Assembly (NCBI GenBank): GCA_965207075.1
Contig: CBDBLO010000002.1
Span: forward strand, 1,696,001-1,760,000
Source of the DNA: Nitrosopumilus sp.
GTDB taxonomy: Archaea; Thermoproteota; Nitrososphaeria; Nitrososphaerales; Nitrosopumilaceae
Direction of reading: 5' to 3'
Length of the DNA: 64,000 bases
Under the pieces are notes generated by a model, which worked only from the letters and a program-made list of their open reading frames with translations, was not told where the DNA came from and did no database searches. A program made the position numbers and the translations under genes. Positions 1-10,172 of the stretch are shown one piece after another (position 1 is the stretch's first letter; each line of letters begins with the position of its first letter).

Positions 1-3000
1 CTGGACTGTCGCGTACGCCCCGCCTTGGGACTCAGTCGAGCCGCTTATCATGCATGACTCGGAGGGGCCTATCAGGCAGGCCCCGTCTTCTGAGAGCACC
101 TGCAGGTTCACCGACTGCTCCTCCCCTGCAGTCGTGATCATGGAGCCGGACACGGACACGGGCCGGGCGCCGAGCATCACGTCCCCGAACACCAGAGAGT
201 CGGTTGCGCGTGCGTCTATCACGAACTCCGAGCCCGGAAGCCTGCTGTGCTTTGTAATCACGACCTCCGGGACGGTCAGAGACGTCTCCTCCTGTGACGG
301 CGGCGGCTGCTGCGGCTCCTCAACGACCTCAAACGTTATGCGCTCAAGCCAGTTTGCCGACTGGGCAGTCACCTCGTAGGTGCCCACCGCGCCGTTGCCC
401 TCCGGTATCGTATAGTGGTGCACGAACGAGGCTGTGGAATCAGGCTTGATCTTTGTTATGGGCCCTATGTGGTCGCCGCAGGCCGCCGTGCCGCAGTCTA
501 TCTCCTGGCCCGTCGTCTTGTACACGCTGACCCTGTAGTCCTTCACGTATATGATCTTGTTGGGCCCGCCCGATATCGTAACCGTCTGGCCGGGATGGTA
601 CGTCTTGGCGTCAGTCGAGACGCTCATGGAGAGGGGGTCGCTTGAGCTCACCACGTAGTCGTTTGCCATGCGGAACAGCACGCTTGTCTTGGCGGGCCCG
701 TACAGGGCCGAGACCTTGTAGGATCCCTCCTTGAACACGCCCAGGGGCAGGTCAAACACGCTTGAGAACTCGCCGCCGTTGTCCGGATAGACCCACGCCT
801 CGTAGATCTTCGTATATGGGAACGAGTCCTGGCTCACCGTTATGGCGACCCTGAGCGGCGCCCTGAGGCCCTCCCCGCCGTGCTCGTAAAGCGTCACTAT
901 GCCAGAGACCTCCAAGTCGTCGCCGGGCTTGTAGAGCGCCTTTGAGGTGGTGACGATCAGCGGCTCCTTTGCAAGCGAGTCGTTGAGGGGGTCCTCTGAG
1001 ACCTTGAAGTATACGATGTCGTTATGCGAGCTGGTCGAGATCTTTATCGTGTACGCGCCAAACACGGTCATCTTGCTGCCGCGCAGCTCGCCCTCCTTGA
1101 GCGTGTGCTTCCTTTCGGCCTTTGGCGCGTCCCACTCCCATGAAAAGTGCTGCCCCACTACCGGCGCACTGCTGTGTATGGTCGAGCCGTCGGGCCTTGT
1201 AAGCGTGATTGACACGTGCTTTGTGCCGCTCCCCGGCAGGGCCCCGTTGACGGTCACGGTCTCGCCCAGCCCGTACACCTCCTTGTCCGTCGTGATCTCC
1301 GGCTCCGATATGTCGTACTGGTCGGAGATGGAGAACTCCGTCGTGGCCGTGAGCCCCTTGTACGTCGCGACCGCCGTGTAGTTTCCCGCCCCAAAGATGC
1401 TTGGCAGTGCGTTTATGGTCGCGGTGTACCTGCCGGACTCTTCTGGCACCGCGATTGCCTCGTATATGGTAGATTCCATGCCGCCTCCAAAGCCCCTCCT
1501 TACGTCGTCTCCCTCCAGCTGGCTGCGCAGCGGCGACCCGTCGGAGTCCGTTATGTGTATCCTGACTGACGTGGTGGCGTACTCGGTGGTGGTTCCCGTG
1601 TATGCGTCCGTGGCGTATCCTGTGAATACTATGGGCTCGTTGAGCTCGTATGCGGGACTGCCCGTTGTGATGGTGAGCGGGCCGCTGACTGCCACGAACG
1701 AGTCGGCGTCCTCGACTACCGATATCACCATTCCCGCCGTCCCGCCGCCGCCTGCAACCGTAACCCAGTAGTCCCCGAGCCTCTGCGTGCTGTTTGGTAT
1801 GTGGAACGTGTACTCGAAGGAGCCGTCGCCTGCCACGTGCAGCAACTCCCCCCTCTTGAATCCGGAGTGGCTGCCCGTGCTGCTGTCGGGCACGGAGCCC
1901 TGCCTTGTCTGCACGATCTTCAGGTCTAGTGCGGCGGTCCAGACGTTGTTGATCTTGCCGCTTATCACTGCCGACTGGCCCGGCTCGTATACGGGACTGT
2001 CGGACGTCAGCGTTATGCGCTCAGACACCCGCTGCTCTGCGACGACCTCAAATGAGGCGGTGGCGCTCTTGCCGGCGTACGAGGCGTGTATGGTGTGCGT
2101 GCCGTACGCGGGGTTCACCGCGCTGAGCAGAAAGGACGTCCCGACCCTGCCGTTTACGGGGCCGAGGCTTCCGGTAGATATGGTATTGCCGCCGGGGCCC
2201 ACGACCGTAACGTCAAACGTGGCGAACTGGACGGCCCTCTTGACGGTGCCGGACACGACGACCTCCTGCCCGGGGGTGTACGTCGCGCTGTCGACAGTTA
2301 TCGTAATGCCGTCGTCCTGAGGCGCCGCTCCTTCCACCTCCTCGTACCCCACCTCAAAGGAGGCCGACGCGGACGCTCCGGAATATTCGGCCGACATCTC
2401 GTACGTGCCGCCCTGGATCCCGCGCACCTGCTGCAGTACGAGCAGGGTCGAGAACTCGAGGTTCGCATCGGGGTACAGCGTGACCGTCTCGCTGTAACCG
2501 GGCCCGCTTATCTCAAGCGTGACCGATTCTGTCGTGAAGAACGGCTTTTCGATGTATCTTCTCTCCGACACGGCGCCGCTTATGGCGGCAGTCTGGCCAA
2601 AGCTGTACGACTCTCGGTCCGCGGACAGCGTGATTGTGAGCTGCTCCGCGGATCCCGCCTGCGGGATCTTGCCGTTTGAGGACCCCGGCGTCGACGTGTG
2701 GAGCCTCCAGTCCAGGGCGCTGTCGCCAGACGAGTACCCGTCGTATATGAGCTGCCACGACTTTGAGTCGTCTGCCGTATCGGTGATTCTAGGAGTGCTG
2801 TGTATTACGGTGCCGTCTCCGTCGCGCAGCTCTGCCGTCTCGCCCACGTCTGCAAACCATATCCGTTCGTACGTGTACGTCATGTACTGGCCGGGCTTTA
2901 TGCTGGTCCCCTCCGGTATCGTCATGGCCTTCCTGAGGCCCGTGGTGGAGGATATCTGCCATCCGCCTATCTCGACTGCTTCGGACGTGGGGTTGTACAG

Positions 3001-3336
3001 CTCCACCCACTCTGCGACGTTTGCCGTGTCGCTGCCGGGCGGGTTTGTGTCTATCTCGTTTATCACCACGTGGCCGGCGACGCCCGCGACGCCCTGCGCG
3101 TACGCGGCACGGCTCACGTCCAAGGCGCCCCAGACGGTTTCGTGCGGCTCCTGCGCGTCGTATGTTAGGGCTGCTGCTGCTGTTGCTGTCAGGGCTACCG
3201 TTGCCGCCACTGCCATAATCATAACCATGCTTGGGACAGGCAGCAGGATTCTCGCGCCGCTCCCGTTCGTCTTGGCGCGGCAGCCCCGCCTGCTGCGCGA
3301 GCCGCACGTCTGCGCGGCCTGCGTATTTAATGTCAT
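1..3336 (-). CDS. Large secreted/surface protein with N-terminal lamin-tail domain and Ig-like repeats (partial, runs off window start)
   Basis: Not in the ORF track because there is no stop in the window. Hand translation from ATG 3336 gives a hydrophobic signal stretch, then VVINEIDTNPPGSDTANVAEWVELYNPTSEAVEIGGWQI, the lamin-tail-domain signature. Many + strand shadow ORFs lie over it. Confidence 0.85.
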   Translation of the reverse strand, partial: MTLNTQAAQTCGSRSRRGCRAKTNGSGARILLPVPSMVMIMAVAATVALTATAAAALTYDAQEPHETVWGALDVSRAAYAQGVAGVAGHVVINEIDTNPPGSDTANVAEWVELYNPTSEAVEIGGWQISSTTGLRKAMTIPEGTSIKPGQYMTYTYERIWFADVGETAELRDGDGTVIHSTPRITDTADDSKSWQLIYDGYSSGDSALDWRLHTSTPGSSNGKIPQAGSAEQLTITLSADRESYSFGQTAAISGAVSERRYIEKPFFTTESVTLEISGPGYSETVTLYPDANLEFSTLLVLQQVRGIQGGTYEMSAEYSGASASASFEVGYEEVEGAAPQDDGITITVDSATYTPGQEVVVSGTVKRAVQFATFDVTVVGPGGNTISTGSLGPVNGRVGTSFLLSAVNPAYGTHTIHASYAGKSATASFEVVAEQRVSERITLTSDSPVYEPGQSAVISGKINNVWTAALDLKIVQTRQGSVPDSSTGSHSGFKRGELLHVAGDGSFEYTFHIPNSTQRLGDYWVTVAGGGGTAGMVISVVEDADSFVAVSGPLTITTGSPAYELNEPIVFTGYATDAYTGTTTEYATTSVRIHITDSDGSPLRSQLEGDDVRRGFGGGMESTIYEAIAVPEESGRYTATINALPSIFGAGNYTAVATYKGLTATTEFSISDQYDISEPEITTDKEVYGLGETVTVNGALPGSGTKHVSITLTRPDGSTIHSSAPVVGQHFSWEWDAPKAERKHTLKEGELRGSKMTVFGAYTIKISTSSHNDIVYFKVSEDPLNDSLAKEPLIVTTSKALYKPGDDLEVSGIVTLYEHGGEGLRAPLRVAITVSQDSFPYTKIYEAWVYPDNGGEFSSVFDLPLGVFKEGSYKVSALYGPAKTSVLFRMANDYVVSSSDPLSMSVSTDAKTYHPGQTVTISGGPNKIIYVKDYRVSVYKTTGQEIDCGTAACGDHIGPITKIKPDSTASFVHHYTIPEGNGAVGTYEVTAQSANWLERITFEVVEEPQQPPPSQEETSLTVPEVVITKHSRLPGSEFVIDARATDSLVFGDVMLGARPVSVSGSMITTAGEEQSVNLQVLSEDGACLIGPSESCMISGSTESQGGAYATVQ

Positions 3337-3518
3337 ACGTATGGTTGTGGCGCACTTTGCTTTTATAGTTGGACTTGGTCGAATTTGAGCTAGTTGTTAA
3401 ATAGTATGTACTTGGCCAGACGTGCCCAACCCCCAAGCCGAAAAGCTGTCCTTCGCGCGCAAGCCCGGCGTCCCCGGCCATGGGCGACGGCGAATCACAG
3501 GCGCCGCCGAGGCGCGCG

Positions 3519-3782
3519 TCATGCAGCAGGACGCTCCGCACCGGCGGCGTCGCAGGCGGGGCACCTCCCGCCGGATATACTCCCGCCGCATTCCATGCAT
3601 ATGCCCTCAGGGCCCAGGTCGTCGCGGACGGCCTGGTTGCGCCTTGCGACGAACACCTTGATGCCAAAGTACATTGCTATGACTATAACAGCCGCGTACA
3701 CGGGAGCCATGAACGGAATCAGCCCTATCATAAACAGCACCAGCCCGGCCACCAGTAGGACGTCGCGCCTGCCAAACTCCAT
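3519..3782 (-). CDS. Small membrane protein with C-terminal Zn ribbon
   Basis: Two hydrophobic helices followed by CMECG...CPAC. Confidence 0.7.
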   Translation of the reverse strand: MEFGRRDVLLVAGLVLFMIGLIPFMAPVYAAVIVIAMYFGIKVFVARRNQAVRDDLGPEGICMECGGSISGGRCPACDAAGAERPAA

Positions 3783-4027
3783 GCCGTATGCCGAACCCGC
3801 GCTTGTAAAAATGATGCCGAGCTCGGCAATTGAGTCATCTCATCTGTCAATACTCTAACTCGTCCTCATTGCCCGGCGCGGCTAGTGGCGTTCTTGCATG
3901 TGATAAAAGTATGGATGCGCTGGAGTGGGGGGGAAGGCCTGCCCCCCATACGCAGCGGCGCAGCGCGGGAGTCGCGGCGCATGGCGGTGGCGGCGTATGG
4001 CAGCGGCAATGTCAGTGTATGGCAAAA

Positions 4028-4101
4028 TGGGACCGGCAGGATTTGAACCTGCGACCCCTGCGTCCCAAACGCAGAATCATACCAAGCTAGACCACGATCC
4101 C
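4028..4101 (-). tRNA. tRNA-Pro(TGG)
   Basis: Reverse complement folds: acceptor GGGATCG/CGGTCCC, anticodon arm CTGCG-TTTGGGA-CGCAG, T-loop GTTCAAATC. TTAAAT box upstream. Confidence 0.95.
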
Positions 4102-4252
4102 AGTATTTGCGCATTCTTGCCAGACCCAATTTAAGCATGACATCGGCCTCCCCTCCCCACCCTTCAGGCACGCCGCGCGCGCCGCGGCCGCACCGGACGC
4201 CAGACGGGCCCCATTGCCAATCATTTTAAGTGCGCGTCCCGTCTGTCGCGCT

Positions 4253-5149
4253 GTGCAGGTCGAGGATTATCTAAAGGCGGGCCGGATCGCAGGCGAGGTC
4301 AGGGAGATTGCGCGTAGCACCGACTGGGTGGGCCGGACCGCGTATGACTTGTGCGAGTACGTCGAGTCCGAGATCAAAAAACGCGGCGCGGACTGCGCCT
4401 TTCCAGTCAATGTCAGCATCAACGAGATTGCGGCCCATTATACGGCCGAGCCTGACGACGACCTTGAGATAAAGGATGATGATCTGGTAAAGATTGATCT
4501 CGGGGCACACGTCAACGGCTACATTGCAGACACGGCCGTATCCGTGTGCTATGATCCCGAGTACGACCCGCTTGTCGGTGCGGCCGAGAAAGCCCTCGCA
4601 AAGGCCCTCTCCATGATGAAGGCGGGGGTAAAGGCGCGCGACATAGGCCGTACCATCGAGTCGTCGATCAGGGACCTGGGGTTCAAGCCCATCGCCAACC
4701 TGAGCGGACACTCCCTTGACCAATATACAATACACGCCGGCAAGACCATCCCGAACATATGGTCGATCGGCGGCTTCTCGCTGTCGGACCAGTCCGCGTA
4801 CGCGTGCGAGCCGTTTGTCACGACGCGTGACGGCGGCGGCTTTGTGCGCAACGGCAGCATAAAGAACATCTTTGCGCTCGTGTCGCGCAAGAGGACAAAG
4901 AGCGAGGCGGCCGACCGTATGCTTGACCGCATCTGGGAGAGGTTCAACACGCTGCCATTCGCGCTCAGGTGGCTTACGTCCGAATGGGAGGAGGGGGAGG
5001 CCAGGAAGCTGCTAGAGGTGCTCGTAAAGAAAAAGGCCGTCCAGGCCTACCCCGTGCTTGTAGAGGCCGAGGGGCAGCGGGTGGCGCAGGCAGAGCACAC
5101 GTTCATTCCAACCGACGAGGGCGTGACGCTGGTGACCGCGGCGCCCTGA
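4253..5149 (+). CDS. map: Methionine aminopeptidase type II
   Basis: AAHYT, KIDLGAHVNGYIADTA, NLSGH, EPF and AQAEHT motifs. GTG start about 25 nt after TTTTAAG. Confidence 0.95.
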   Translation: MQVEDYLKAGRIAGEVREIARSTDWVGRTAYDLCEYVESEIKKRGADCAFPVNVSINEIAAHYTAEPDDDLEIKDDDLVKIDLGAHVNGYIADTAVSVCYDPEYDPLVGAAEKALAKALSMMKAGVKARDIGRTIESSIRDLGFKPIANLSGHSLDQYTIHAGKTIPNIWSIGGFSLSDQSAYACEPFVTTRDGGGFVRNGSIKNIFALVSRKRTKSEAADRMLDRIWERFNTLPFALRWLTSEWEEGEARKLLEVLVKKKAVQAYPVLVEAEGQRVAQAEHTFIPTDEGVTLVTAAP

Positions 5150-5223
5150 GCCCGGCGCCGCGCTCTGGACGCGGTTGTCGCTGCTGCCGCTGCCGCTGCA
5201 CCCGGCTTGCAGCCGGCCCCGCA

Positions 5224-5418
5224 TCACTCCAGAATCTCTCCGAAGATCTTGTCTATCATTACGGCACCGCCGCATTCGGGGCAGGGCTCGGGCGCGTCTT
5301 CAAATACGACGTCGCCGCGCCTGAACCTCCTCTTGTCAGTGGCCCCGCATCCGTGGCATGTGGTCGTGGTGTACTCCGTCACGAGCCTCTTCTTTTTCCT
5401 GTCGCTTCCAGATGTCAC
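5224..5418 (-). CDS. Small Zn-ribbon protein
   Basis: CHGC...RRFRRGDVVF...CPEC; overlaps the upstream stop by 4 nt. Confidence 0.75.
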   Translation of the reverse strand: MTSGSDRKKKRLVTEYTTTTCHGCGATDKRRFRRGDVVFEDAPEPCPECGGAVMIDKIFGEILE

Positions 5419-6590
5419 TGCGCGACACCCGCCGTGTTTCCGACCCCGATGACCAGCACTGTCTGGCCCTCATTGGCGTTCTCGAGTATCATCTCGCGCA
5501 CCTGGACTGCAATCTCGTCGGCCCTCTGTGCTATCTCCTCTGTCATTATGGTAACGGCCTCCTCTACGGATTCTTTTACCACTATCGAAAAGATCGGTAT
5601 TCCGGCCCCCAGCGCGTACTCCTCGATCTCGTACCTCTCCGTGCCGATCCCCCCTATCGCGGCGCCAAACCCGTGCGATACGCTTGCCGAATCCTCGCCC
5701 TCCATCTTGAGGGCCGCGTCTATCATTATGATGGCATGTATCTCCTGCCCCGACTCCGCGATGTAGGATATGGCGTCTGCGGGCCTTCCGACCACGGGGG
5801 CGGGTCCGCGCGCCTTTAGCAGCAACAGGCTGCGCCCCTCGTACGAGTCCCTTGCAAGCACCGTGTGCAGGGCGGCCTCCTCCTTTTTGAGCCCACGCAT
5901 CATCCTCCCGACTATCATGGGCCCGATTCCGTCGCCTACGGGATGCCCCTCCCTGAACGCCCCGGTGGCGTTCCTAAGGGCCTCGGCCTGCTCCATTACG
6001 AAGGGCAGCGCCATCTGCAGCGGCAGGATGAGCGGATAGTTATTCTGCCTTTTTGCGGTGAGGAACATGTGGTTGACTGTCTTGTGTATCATGTGCAGCG
6101 AGGACGCAATCTCAAGCAGGACCTGCACCCTTGCCGCCTGCAGCTCGTCTGCCACGCCCGGGGCAAGGGCCCTGACCTGCCTCCTCGTCACGTCCTCCCT
6201 TGTGCGCATCACGTGCTTTACCTTTGGCACTATTCCCGACGGATCCATGTCCACCGGCATTATCGTGATATAGTCTATGAACCTGGATACCTTGCCTGCA
6301 AGCTCGTCGGGTTTGGCCTGGTCAGGCGGCCGGCGCTGCTGCTGCTGCTGCTGCTGCTGACTGCCCGTGACATCCCTGAGGTGCCCAAGCAGCTCGTCCC
6401 TTGACTCTGACCTGTACGCGTCAAGTTTCTTTATCGCCTTTTTGATCTCGCCTGACGTCACATAGAGCTGTATTCTCTGGCCATAAAACACGAAGAGTAT
6501 TACGGGCAGTATCCACACGAGCATCATCAGCGGGTTTGACTCCTCTCCCATCCCGAGCAGCTGGTCCAGTTCAAATCCCGTAAAATTCAC
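5415..6590 (-). CDS. DUF1512 family protein
   Basis: N-terminal TM; PVGDGIGP, MIDAALKMEGE, GAAIGGIG and GVGNT..VAQ motifs. Confidence 0.85.
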   Translation of the reverse strand: MNFTGFELDQLLGMGEESNPLMMLVWILPVILFVFYGQRIQLYVTSGEIKKAIKKLDAYRSESRDELLGHLRDVTGSQQQQQQQQRRPPDQAKPDELAGKVSRFIDYITIMPVDMDPSGIVPKVKHVMRTREDVTRRQVRALAPGVADELQAARVQVLLEIASSLHMIHKTVNHMFLTAKRQNNYPLILPLQMALPFVMEQAEALRNATGAFREGHPVGDGIGPMIVGRMMRGLKKEEAALHTVLARDSYEGRSLLLLKARGPAPVVGRPADAISYIAESGQEIHAIIMIDAALKMEGEDSASVSHGFGAAIGGIGTERYEIEEYALGAGIPIFSIVVKESVEEAVTIMTEEIAQRADEIAVQVREMILENANEGQTVLVIGVGNTAGVAQ

Positions 6591-6758
6591 TGGAGTGCGC
6601 AGGGGCCGTTTTCAACATAAATGATTCGAAAGGGAGGACCTGCGCCGCTATGACATGGCGGCCGTCCCCTTCTTCTGCCCTCCTCCCCCTGCCGCCACCG
6701 AGATTATTGCATCCGGGGTCGGCGAGTCCTTTTATTATGCGGTTTGTGCACACATGGC

Positions 6759-7319
6759 ATGCCGCAGACCAAGCCCGTAATCCGCGTGGAGAACGTGGTC
6801 GCATCCGCCTCCGTAGACCAGCCGATGGACCTCAACGAGATTACGCGTACCTTTCCGGACGTCGAGTACCATCCCGACCAGTTTCCAGGGCTGGTGTTCC
6901 GGCTCCGGACCCCGAAGACTGCCACTCTGATATTCACTTCCGGCAAGATGGTATGCACCGGCTCCAAGTCCGAGAAGCTGGCAAGAAAGGCCGTCAAGAC
7001 CGTGGTGCAGAGGCTGCGCAAGGGGGGAATAAGCGTCAAAAACGAGGCCACAGTGGAGATTCAGAACATCGTGGCCTCGATAAACCTGGGCGGGCGGATC
7101 CACCTGGAGCAGGCCGCGCGCTCGCTGCCCCGCAGCATGTACGAGCCAGAGCAGTTCCCGGGGCTGATCCACCGCACGCTAGACCCGAAGACCGTCATAC
7201 TGCTGTTCTCCTCCGGCAAGCTGGTCTGCACGGGCGCAAAAAAGGAGGCCGACGTCGACCGCTCGGTCAACAACCTCCACTCCATGCTGGAGGAGTATGA
7301 TCTGATGGCGTACGAGTAG
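6759..7319 (+). CDS. tbp: TATA-box binding protein
   Basis: Two repeats NVVAS...YHPDQFPGL...LIFTSGKMVCTG and NIVAS...YEPEQFPGL...FSSGKLVCTG. Confidence 0.97.
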   Translation: MPQTKPVIRVENVVASASVDQPMDLNEITRTFPDVEYHPDQFPGLVFRLRTPKTATLIFTSGKMVCTGSKSEKLARKAVKTVVQRLRKGGISVKNEATVEIQNIVASINLGGRIHLEQAARSLPRSMYEPEQFPGLIHRTLDPKTVILLFSSGKLVCTGAKKEADVDRSVNNLHSMLEEYDLMAYE

Positions 7320-7351
7320 GATGCGCGTTGCGGGTGCGGATCCTACCGCCG

Positions 7352-7681
7352 CTACTTGACCGGCGCCCCGATAGGAGCCTCGCCGGACGGCGTCAGCCAG
7401 ACCGGCCTGTCATCCACGTCTGCGGCAAGAAGCATGGCGTCCGACTCGATGCCCGCCACCCTCTTTGGCTCCAAGTTGGCTATTACGATAACGGTCTTCC
7501 CGATCATGTCCTCCGGGGTATGGTACTGGGCGCCTCCGATTATCACGCTGCGCTCGTCGCCGCCGCCCAGATCGACGCGCCCCTCCATTATGCGCGTCTT
7601 TCCCTCTATGGGCTTGGCGTCAGTCACTTTTGCCACCCGTATGTCCAACTTTGCAAAATCCTCATAACTTGCAAGCTCCAT
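7352..7681 (-). CDS. tRNA-binding OB-fold protein (CsaA/MetRS C-terminal-like)
   Basis: FAKLDIRV...ANLEPKRVAGIESDAMLLAA motif. Confidence 0.88.
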   Translation of the reverse strand: MELASYEDFAKLDIRVAKVTDAKPIEGKTRIMEGRVDLGGGDERSVIIGGAQYHTPEDMIGKTVIVIANLEPKRVAGIESDAMLLAADVDDRPVWLTPSGEAPIGAPVK

Positions 7682-7800
7682 GTGTTGCGGCACACGGGTG
7701 CCTTAAAATGAATTTCGCTTGCGCGCTTGCATAGGACGGTGGTGGAGGGGGCAGCAACAGCAGCAGCAGGACCCGCACTGCCGGCATCTGCACGCGGCAC

Positions 7801-8028
7801 TCAGTCCAGTATTCCGCGCACATCCACGTCCGGCGAGGTCTCTATGTCGTATCTGGCGTCAACCGGGAGGTCCAGATACGCGGAGCTCGACATCTCTGCA
7901 ACCTTGTCCTCCGGCACGCCGACCATGCGTAGCAGCGCTGCCCTCTGATGCGCGTACGCGTTCTTCCAGAACGAGGGGCCGTCAAACGTGCGTATCTTTT
8001 TTCTGCCGCTTCTGCCCCTTGGCGCCAC
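7801..8028 (-). CDS. Small hypothetical protein
   Basis: 75-aa ORF with a TTAAAA box about 25 nt upstream and natural amino-acid composition. Confidence 0.6.
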   Translation of the reverse strand: MAPRGRSGRKKIRTFDGPSFWKNAYAHQRAALLRMVGVPEDKVAEMSSSAYLDLPVDARYDIETSPDVDVRGILD

Positions 8029-8194
8029 GTTGGGTGCCGCCGCGAGGGGTCATTTTAAGTGATGGCTGTGACGGAAGAATGGCACACGCCGTTAGAACCG
8101 GAGTTACTGTTCTGGATTTTAGGCGTGGTGCCCATCACAGCCTGCATGTGTAGTGGCGGAATCTAATATATTTAATGCGGTTTACCGTACCACC

Positions 8195-8629
8195 ATGGCA
8201 GAGATCGTAGTGGACGTCGAGATACGGGCGCCGCCCGGCACTGTCTGGAAGATCATATCCGACGTCGACAACGAGCCCACGTACTGGAAGGGCACAAAGT
8301 CCGTCCGCAATATCTCAAGGCAGGAAAACACAATTCGCCGCGAGATTACGATTGCGTTCCGGGACCAAAAGTGCATGCAGGACGTGATCCTGTACCCGGA
8401 AGAAAAGATCGAGGCGGTCTTCACTGACGGGATCATAAAGGGCACAAAGACAGTCAGCATGGAGCGGCGCGGCGGCGACGGCGACAGCTCTGTGCTTCTC
8501 CGCACCGTATGGGACGTCAAGATGACCGGCATGATGGGCATGTTTACGGGCATGCTAAAGGGGCACATCAGGAACGGCACCGAGATGGCCATGCAGTCCA
8601 TCAAGGAGGCCGCGGAAAAGTCGGTGTGA
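8195..8629 (+). CDS. SRPBCC/polyketide cyclase family protein
   Basis: VEIRAPPGTVWKIISDVDNEPTYW start motif and C-terminal helix; TATATTTAA upstream. Confidence 0.85.
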   Translation: MAEIVVDVEIRAPPGTVWKIISDVDNEPTYWKGTKSVRNISRQENTIRREITIAFRDQKCMQDVILYPEEKIEAVFTDGIIKGTKTVSMERRGGDGDSSVLLRTVWDVKMTGMMGMFTGMLKGHIRNGTEMAMQSIKEAAEKSV

Positions 8630-9963
8630 TGCGCGCAATGTCTGAGACCCTTGCGGCAGACGTGGCGCTCTGCGCCGTTGCGGCCATCATGACATGCGTG
8701 GCAGGCGCCTGGGTGTACTTGATACGCTCGATGTCGGCCACGTTCAGGCTGGTCCCGTACCTTGATGACGATTATGATGAGAGTGACGGTGGGTATGATG
8801 GTGGTAGTGGTAGTGGTAATAGTGGCGGCAAAGACGGTGCCAAACCCGCCGCCGCTTCCGGCCCCGCAGACTGCCCGATGGTGTCTGTCATACTCCCGGC
8901 CCGCAACGAGGAGGGTTACATAGAGCGCTGCCTCGAGTCGCTCGCCGTCCAGGACTATCCAAACTACGAGGTCGTCGCAATCGACGACTCGTCTGGTGAC
9001 GATACCATGAACATAATCAAACGGTGCGCCCGCCGCCACCCCGGCATGATCGTGCCCGTCTCTGCCAGGCCAAAGCCTGACGGCTGGATGGGAAAGAACT
9101 GGGCCTGCATGGAGGGGTACCGCAGGGCCAAGGGCGGCCTGCTGCTGTTCACGGACGCCGACACGCGCCACACAAAGGGGATGATCGGCCTCGCCGTGCG
9201 CCGCCTGCTCGGGGGCCGGCTTGACGCGCTGACGGTGATGCCGCGGATGCTTGCACCCGAGTTCTGGACCAGGGCCACGCTGCCCATGATATCGGTCTTT
9301 CTCCACACGCGGTTCTCCGCACTCAACGTCAACAGTCCGGACAGCAAGACCGGCTACTTTTTTGGAAGCTTTTTCATCATAAGGCGCGAAACGTACCTGT
9401 CAGTCGGCGCGCACGAGGGCGTCAGGGGCGAGATGATAGAGGACGGCGCGCTGGGCCGCCGCACAAAAGAGGCGGGGCACCGCATGCTGATGCTCCGGGG
9501 CGAGCACCTGATCGAGGCCGTCTGGGCCCGGGACGGGCACACGCTGTGGAACGCGCTAAAGAGGCTGATGATTCCATTGCGCACGCAGTACGGGCTGCGC
9601 ACCGCGACCGGCATTGCGGCCGCGGTCACGTTCCTGCTGTTTGCGCCGTTTCTGGCGCTCCCAAGTACCGCCATTCCCGCTGCCGCCGCCGCATCGGGCG
9701 GGCTGTGGGCGGGCCTCGTCCCCGCAGTCCTGGCCGCGTCCGCCAGCGCGGTGGCATCAGCCCTGGTCTGGACGGGGGCCGTCCTAGAGTCAAGGACGGG
9801 CCTAGGGATAGGCGTGCCGTACGGGCTGCTTGCACCGGTAGGCGGCTTCGTAGTCGCGGCTGGATTTCTCGCGGGCCTCGTGCGCCCCAACCCGTCGCTT
9901 TCATGGCGGGGCCGCACGTACACGTCACGCGACCAATCAGCCGACCCGTTTGCGGCAGTGTAG
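8629..9963 (+). CDS. Glycosyltransferase family 2, membrane-bound
   Basis: VSVILPARNEE, DDSSGD, GWMGKNWA, FTDAD, IEDGALG and WRGR motifs; TGATG coupling to the upstream gene. Confidence 0.9.
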   Translation: MRAMSETLAADVALCAVAAIMTCVAGAWVYLIRSMSATFRLVPYLDDDYDESDGGYDGGSGSGNSGGKDGAKPAAASGPADCPMVSVILPARNEEGYIERCLESLAVQDYPNYEVVAIDDSSGDDTMNIIKRCARRHPGMIVPVSARPKPDGWMGKNWACMEGYRRAKGGLLLFTDADTRHTKGMIGLAVRRLLGGRLDALTVMPRMLAPEFWTRATLPMISVFLHTRFSALNVNSPDSKTGYFFGSFFIIRRETYLSVGAHEGVRGEMIEDGALGRRTKEAGHRMLMLRGEHLIEAVWARDGHTLWNALKRLMIPLRTQYGLRTATGIAAAVTFLLFAPFLALPSTAIPAAAAASGGLWAGLVPAVLAASASAVASALVWTGAVLESRTGLGIGVPYGLLAPVGGFVVAAGFLAGLVRPNPSLSWRGRTYTSRDQSADPFAAV

Positions 9964-10172
9964 CAGCCGGCGCGGCCGCGCGGTACCAGTGCCCTAATGA
10001 CTCTCCGAGCGCATCGGCATCCCAGTCGGGATCCCTTGCCCTGCGGATCCCCGTAGGGACAAGCTTGCTGCGGGCAGGCGCTGCGTTTTTGTGGGGGGGC
10101 GCTGCCGGCGTCGCGGGGCCGTGCGGCACAGCCCAAAAAAGCATCAAATATGAAGGCGTCCCATGCCGTGCG

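Noticed and set aside
50-3388. Many + strand ORFs, and similar ones over other long genes
   Set aside because: Antisense shadows of real genes in high-GC DNA, with Ser/Thr/Pro- or Arg-rich composition and no motifs.
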